A DNA stretch of 64,000 bases. Source: the human T2T-CHM13v2.0 reference genome, Homo sapiens. Numbering within the stretch: position 1 is the stretch's first letter; each line of letters begins with the position of its first letter. Position numbers and translations under genes: made by a program. The notes under the pieces were generated by a model that searched no databases, was not told where the DNA came from, and saw nothing but the letters and a program-made list of their open reading frames with translations. The stretch lies in assembly GCF_009914755.1 (NCBI RefSeq), contig NC_060933.1; one strand, written 5' to 3'. This document shows, piece by piece, positions 56,848-64,000 of this stretch.

Positions 56848-59800
56848 AGTGTTTATGGTATGCCATATGATACTATACTTGACACTTTACATATATTAGT
56901 TCTCCTCCTCCTCCTTTTTGGCAGGACAACTTATTGGAATATTAATTAGTGTTTTCTATATGATTGATAGAAGGTTGGAAAAAATGTGTATGGAATATAT
57001 GTTCTTTTTCCCTGAGGGCATTATTAGAGGCTTTTGTGTTGCAGCCCTGAAAAGAGAAGACATCTAACAAAAATGCCCTTATCTACTCCCACTCTCAGGC
57101 CTTTGTTTGAAGAATGTATTGAGATATTGAGGGAAGCTGGCATATGAAGTGGAGAAGGAGGCAGAACTGGCCCTACATGTGCACACATGAACACTGCCTT
57201 CTACTGAGATTGCAAGGTAAGTGAAGGTTATCATCCTAGAGCCTAGGGTGGCGGAGCATGCTGTGGCAGGTCCCACCAGTGCCAGGAACTCACACAGCAC
57301 CTGAGGAGTGCCAGGGTCTTTGATGGGGTGGTCCATGGTGCCATGAAATTGATCACTGAGAGGCAAAGCCTTAGGATATTTGCAAAAAAAGCCTTAGCGT
57401 GATGGCAGAGTTCTGTGTTTGTGAATGGAAACATTTTCATTTTACATCTCAGTGAATAGCTGTGGATTTAAAAATAGAGTATACTCTTCCATTTTTCAGG
57501 TGCCATGGAAGTATCCTGGGTCTTTGTATGCAGCCTAGAAAGGAGGTGAGTGTTCCCTCCCACTCTATCTTACAAAAGTTGCACCTCAGTCGTAGGGAGC
57601 AAATTCCTGTCTTCTAGCTATACAATTCTCATGCTAACCTTAGAAAGTTTTTAATCATTATCCCATTTTTAGATAAGAAAATGAATATCCGAAGAGACTA
57701 AGTACCTGGTCTGAGTAACTGGATGTTATCTCAAGTTAACCTCCTTTCTCATGGCTGAACAATTATACTGTGCTGCCTTACATTAAAAAAAAAAAAAGCT
57801 ATTCCTTACTAAGGGACTACTTTATGTAATGCACAGGGCTAGATGCTATATATATATGTATGTATATAAAATTTCAAGGAAGTCCTTCCTATTATATTAA
57901 TCATTTCATCTTATGATAAAGTAGAAGATGGAGAATTATTTGGTAGTTGTTAGACCCAGTGTTTAGTCCCAGTTCTGCCACTAGCTTTGTACATTAGTTT
58001 CTTCATCTGTGACCTGAGAATAACAAAATTTGCCTTTTGATATTATCATGAGTACTGAGTGAAGTATTAGAAATAGCAGGATCTTGTTAACTGTAAAAAG
58101 ATGTGCACACATGGACCCTGCCTTTTACTGAGACTGCAATCTATACTGGTCGTCTCAACCAAGCGTCTCTCTTCAGCAGTTACTAAGATACTGAGGTATA
58201 CATTACAACGCAGAGGGGACCAGGATACCACGAGGTGGACACTAGCCTTGGAAACTGATTATTTATATTTGTGTGTAGTCTCCTTGAAGCAGAGGTTAGG
58301 TCAGACATAGCTCTTCTGGGTCTGGCAAAGTCAACTGGAAACCGCTAATGGCCAATCATCCTATAAGATTGCTTCTTTCCAGTCCTCTGCATTCAGGGAA
58401 GCCAAACAAACAAGGCACTTTCATCACCACTCCAAGGAATCTATCTTTGACAGCTTCCAGACAGCAGACATATTGGAATATATAGTCCATCCATAGAACC
58501 CAGAAGGTGATCTCCCAGTAGAGATCAAGCCATCTCAAGAAAAGTCCAGAAAAACTCCCTGAGCAGATGTCTGCCCTCAGGATAACATTGAGGCAGATGT
58601 TTGTGCTCTGAGGTCACTGCATGGTATTGGCTACATCCAGAGTTGCTCAGGACAAGCTGTTTGTTAATCCAGGCTAGTAAATGAGGGGGTGTCTAAGGTA
58701 TTTGTTAAAGAGTCACCGAAGTCACCCTCATTGGGCCAAAGCTTGGTAGAACCCAGGAAGTAGCCAGATTATGCCAAAGGCAATGGGGATTTCAGGAAAA
58801 AAGTTCAAAGAAAATCACTGAGATTTAACAATAGATTTCTTTTTCCATCAATATTGGGAAAGTGTGCCTGGTGAAGAAGGCATTGGGGGACCCAATAAGT
58901 ACCATGAAGGTTACAGACATCTTTTACTCTTTCTTTGCTTATTCTGTACTCCAAGACTTGACAATGCCTTGTATATACTTGGTACTCAATAAATGTTAGT
59001 TGGCAATTGAGCGAATGAGTATTTGGGCAGTAAGTGGGATGGTCCCAGTTGTTGTATGTAAATCTCTGTACAACTTAACAGTTGCTTGCTTATGGAGAAA
59101 TAAATTTTGCACTAACCCCCAATTTTTTTCTCATGAGGACTCACAATGCCAGATACAAAGAAGGAACCGATTTAGGTTGTTCTAGACTCAAGGGTTCTGG
59201 GTTCCAGTTTCAGCCTTAGAGCTATTCTGAATCTTCACCTGTCTACTTGCATGAAATAGAGAAATCATGTAGTCAGTTTTCTTATCTGAAAATTTAAAGT
59301 GGTATTTCTTACCTCATGAGGCTTTTTTTTTTTTCATAATTCCGTGAAAAAATGTGTATGCTCTGCCAGTACAGTTTGTGTAGGGTTGCAATTAGGAATA
59401 AGAGAAACATGCTTTGGCATCAGAATGTGTTCAGATCCTGGGTCTACCACATAGAAGCTGACTGTTCTTAGGCTAGTCACTTAAAAATTCTCTCAGTCTC
59501 CTATTCTACATCTCTAATAAAAGGATAGTAATAATACCCACTCCATTGAGTTGAGGGGATAATGATTGCAAAGTGTTTATACTGTCCAGAATATAGTAAG
59601 TGCTTATTATTTTTAGAAAGAGGAAGCAATTTCTCATTTGGATATCAGATTTTGATAAGATAAAGATGCTTACTATTCCTTAAAGATTTTTCTTCTTCTT
59701 TTAAAAAATAAACTTAAGAACATAGTGAATCCACAACATGGAGTTTCACTATTAAAGTCAGCATTTCAAATTTTCCTTTTGCTTCCTTTGGAATGGAACA

Positions 59801-60151
59801 CACCAAAAACATGAAAAGACTTTATAAACTGCATAACATCTTCTGCTCTTTCCCAGGTCTTCGGGATATAATTCAATTTCATGATGCAATTAAGAAAGAA
59901 GTCTAAACCAAAGGACACTTACCGCACTGCAGCAACATGTGGCTATTTATCTAGCGTGATTTCACAGAGAATTTTTAAGTCATCCAGGGTTTCTGTGCCT
60001 GTAGTTTTTCATCTCTCAAAATGGGATTCCTGACTCATAGTGTGGGGCGAGGCTGAAAATGCATGGTATATATGGAAATGCTTTCTAACTGGAAGGTGAC
60101 TAAGGACACAGGTACTGTGGTGTGGTCCTCAGAGCAAATCCTTTGTGCTTC

Positions 60152-60782
60152 TTTCTTTTTTATTATACTTTAAGTTCTGGGGTACATGTGCAGAACGTCC
60201 AGTTTTTGTTACATAGGTATGCATGTATAGGTATGCGTGTGTCATGGTGGTTTGCTGTAACCATCAACCTGTCATCTACATTAGGTATTTCTCCTAATGC
60301 TATCCCTCCCCTAGCCCCCCACCCCCTGACAGGCCCCAGTGTGTGATGTTCCACTCCCTGTGTCCATGTGTTCTCATTGTTCAACTCCCACTTATGAGTG
60401 AGAATATGCAGTGTTTGTTTGGTTTTCTGTCCTTGTGTTAGTTTAGTGAGAATGATGGTTTCCAGCTTCATCCATGTCCCTGCAAAGGACATGAACTCAT
60501 TATTTTTTATGGCTGCATAGTATTCCATGGTGTATATGTGCCACACTTTCTTTATCCAGTCTATCATTGATGGGCATTTGGGTTGGTTCCAAGTCTTTGC
60601 TATTGTGAATAGTGTTGCAATAAACATACGTGTGTATGTGTCTTTATAGTAGGATGATTTATGATCCTTTGGGTATATACCCAGTAATGGGATTGCTGGG
60701 TCAAATGGTATTTCTAGTTCTAGATCCTTGAGGAATCACCACACTGTCTTCCACAATGGTTGAACTAATTTACACTCCCACC
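60152..60782 (-). mobile_element. 5'-truncated older L1PA (L1PA7/8-like): ORF2 end plus 3'UTR
   Basis: Encodes MFIATLFTIAKTWNQPKCPSMIDWIKKVWHIYTMEYYAAIK. 3'UTR reads GGAGAAATACCTAATGTAGATGACAGGTTGATGG. Ends abruptly at 60782. Confidence 0.93.
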
Positions 60783-61299
60783 TTTTGGGTCCCTGGTGGT
60801 TGAAACACCTTGTAAGCATCCTCCTCTTTCCTGCTTAACGAATCAGCCTCAGGTGTCAGGAAGCTTATGATTTCTTTTTCTGCCCTGATCTCTGCCCCTC
60901 TGAAATTGCAGCATTTTCATGATCTTCTTCCTTTCACAACTGCCATCTTCTTGTTCTGATACCAAGAGGCTGCTCATAGAAATTTTGAAAGTCAAAATTC
61001 TCAGTTACATATTCCTGCTGCTTTGTAAACTTAACTTAACAACTGACTGATGGCATCCCATAGGAAAGACTGCTCTTGCAAGCAACTGGCTCAACAACCT
61101 CCTCTCATCATTTTTCTCTTGCTTTCTGTGAAGACCTAGGGAGTTTGAATGAATCCCTTGTTTAGGGCTTGGGGAGGACAGCCCAGCTGGAGGGCCCACA
61201 GGGCTCAAAACCCAGCAGATTCATCAAGCCAGGCTCCCTAGAGGCAAGCCTAGGTCCAAATACCTGGTTGTCTATGTTGTACTCTCTTGTTTTTCCAAA

Positions 61300-61480
61300 T
61301 GCTGCTCTATGTCTAACTTTATTTTCAGAACATTGTGAGATAGGAATAATTTCCTGTTTTTCCAAATTAGAAACTCAAGGCTCAGAGAGGTTCAGTAACC
61401 TCTCTGAAATCACACAGGTAAGTGACAGAGCTGAAATTCAAGTGCAAATCTGCCTGACACCTAACCCCACATTCTTTTCC
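61300..61480 (-). mobile_element. MIR SINE
   Basis: AAGGCTCAGAGAGGTTCAGTAACCT...CACACAGGTAAGTGACAGAGCTGAAATTCAAG. Confidence 0.7.
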
Positions 61481-62439
61481 CCAATAACAAAGGACCTTCA
61501 GACAGTGAGGACAGTGAGAATTAAGATAAATTTACAGGCTGAATCCCAAAAATATTTTGCTTTGATAGTAAATAAATTTTCCAAATGAAAACAAAGTATT
61601 AATGAATAATAATATCTTAAAGAATTTTGAATGCTGGGAATGTTGGTGATAGCGTTAACAAAAATCAGCAGTTGCATCAGCTGGGCAGTTTTCCTCCAGA
61701 ATATTATAGTCTCAAACAGCCAGAGGTTATTTCTGATTACATCAGCAGCCAGGCAGATCCAGTTTAGGAATCTCGAAACCACATATGTGACTCACATGTC
61801 ATTGTTATAACAGTAGGAAACACATTAACTCTGCTTTAACAAGCGTTCATTGAAAAGTTGGGTTTCCAGAAACCAGTTTCTTGGTGTACTTGGAGCACAT
61901 AATCTAAGCCTTTTTCCTGATGACAGTGTCCTTGCGTGAGGCTGTACATTATGGGACCTGACAGCTTAACAAGACAATATCTGCTTTTACAAACTCCGTG
62001 TCCTAGCACATTCCATTGAAGTTATAGCAGGTGACTAATGAGTATTTCACCACCATGATATTTTGAGTTGCAAGCTATAGGGACTATCATTTGACTGAAC
62101 AATACCTTAAAAATGTTTGCAAACATTGTAATAACAAAATATTTCTGTTGAAGTCATAGAAAAGAGTTCCTTCGGTCTAGCTCAGAACTGTCAATAATGC
62201 TGGTCTGTTACAGACATTTTTGAATGATGGAAGATGGCACTTACGGTTTTCCAAATACATGAAGTTGATTCTTTTTTTAAGCTGTATATGCTTAAAATGA
62301 GAATTTTTTCATAGTTGGATGACCAATGTGGGGGTCTCAAATACTTATCCTCTGGTGTTGGCGTGGAAGTTGAAGACCCAAAGCATAGTCTAGAAAATGG
62401 AAACTGCAGGGGTCAGAAATTATTACACTTAGATTCAGC

Positions 62440-62625
62440 CAAACTTGGTTTCCATGTCACATCCTACTTCTCTCCTGGCTACTTGATCTAGGAAAAGTCA
62501 CTGACCTTCTCTGTACCTTAGCTTTCATGGGAAAATAATGATACTTTACAGGAGAATGTGTGAGGATTAAAATAAGGTGATAGGTAGAAGGTTCCCAGTA
62601 CATAGTAAGTGCTCGAAAATATAGT
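62440..62625 (+). mobile_element. MIR SINE
   Basis: GTGTGAGGATTAAAATAAG...ACATAGTAAGTGCTCG. Confidence 0.65.
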
Positions 62626-64000
62626 CTCATTCATTCGTTTGTCTCCATGGGAGCAGTGGACAACCAGATAGATAAACAGAGAAACAAGTTCTGAAGGCAA
62701 GAGACGAGGGCTGATAGAGAATGTGGAAGAGGAAATTTGGTAGAACCTGAGTTACTGAAGGGGAAAGAGGAAGGACCCAGGAGCCCAGTCTTACTGAATG
62801 CCTACCACTGTGTGCCAGAGATTAGAAGGGGTGTCAGAGGAAACAGGATAAACTCTTTTAAACAGACATGAGAGTCCAACTTGTGTGGGCTGGTTTGACT
62901 TAAGAGTGATGTTCCCTGGGGTTTTCTCTTGCCTGCCTTTTTAGGTGTTACAGGGAGAAGGTGAAAGGAACATATGCTTTTGTTTACTCCAGGGAGGAAA
63001 AAAAGCGAGAGAAAATAAACAGGACCTAATGCTGGGCCATTAAAACTTGGATAAAATTGAAATGGCAATGTCTTGAGATTTCCTTGCCATGTTATAGGTT
63101 CCTGGGCATAAAATGATGGAGCACCAGGGGTCTTGTAGTTATTAGTAGAAAATTAAATGCAAGCACACCCACAAAGATAAAGACCTGATTTGATAGTCCT
63201 ATAGATTTTGGATTGTTTACTGTAAAGGGAAGTAAGAGCAGCTTTATTTGGGTTTGGATTTGTGTTTGCAGAGGAGTTTTATGTGGGTGATTTTGCATAT
63301 AATATCTACCTTCCAAGAGATGCCATCATCTGCAGAACGGAGAGACGTGCTCCAGACTTGCTTATAAAAATCTTTATCATCTTTTGGGAGGTGATTGATT
63401 TGACTAGTCTTGATGGGCAGCTGGATAGAAAATTCTAGTGGAGGGGATGTGACCAAGCTCATATGCCGACAGAGGCGCAGCAAACAAGACTTTGCAGCAG
63501 CCACTATAAAGTGGCTTCAAGAATTTACTTGAACAGTGTCCATCGAAATGTGAATGTATACCAAACAGCCAGTGTGGACTTAGACTGGAGGACTTAGACT
63601 GGATTATGCACTGGGGTGTGGCATGAGGCAGAACCTTCCCAGTCCCACCCTACCCCAGAGTTTATTAAAAGATTGTTGACTGTTTCTTACTATACAGATA
63701 CCAAGTAAGTTATGTTAGAAGTACATCACGTCTGGGCCAATAAAACCCATTGTTTGGGGATGACACAAGTGAATGAGTGGACATGTTGATGCTCTGGCCA
63801 GATCCTCTCAGATCCCTTTTACATTTCTGTGTATCCCTTCCCTGGCTTCTGGGTGCCTTTGTATCTAACAGGCAGTGCCCTTGGACTACTAGAGCCACTT
63901 TGCCCAGGAGCTCAGAGAGCTGGAAGCACCCGAGTTTGCAACCTGCTGGAGTGGCCCATGCCAGTGATGGACTGTAATAAAGAATATGAACCCTTAGCCA

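Noticed and set aside
60125-60800. TSD for the truncated L1
   Set aside because: The flanks (CCTTTGTGCTTC versus CCTTTTGGGTCC) do not match convincingly.
63465-63482. CTCF-like GCCGACAGAGGCGCAG
   Set aside because: Register and core mismatches against the CCASYAGRKGGC consensus.

Overview
Mammalian, specifically hominoid-type primate (AluY/AluS, L1PA3-like), non-coding genomic DNA, roughly 41% GC by eye. I cannot support any intact protein-coding gene, RNA gene or CRISPR array. The window is dominated by interspersed repeats: a full-length, about 6.16 kb, inactivated L1PA3-like LINE-1 on the minus strand (39130-45288, 15-bp TSD, inserted into a MIR), a 5'-truncated older L1PA, four Alus, several solo LTRs with 5-bp TSDs (MLT2, MLT1A, MLT1B/C, two MSTB), hAT/mariner DNA transposon relics (MER20, MER119-like, MER91-like, half MADE1), and many MIR/L2/L1M fragments. 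There is also a processed RPL31 pseudogene. The most unusual items are: a 5'-inverted Alu with twin-priming hallmarks that can fold on itself; an AluY with a duplicated 3' end; a ~63-bp minisatellite with 3-unit higher-order structure next to the L1 promoter; a restarted ORF0-frame ORF in the L1 antisense promoter; a permuted local duplication; and a series of well-formed + strand splice acceptor/donor pairs that may be exons of an unannotated or lncRNA transcript. I found no evidence of a new multi-gene system. Repeat family calls are from recalled consensus sequences, not from a search.
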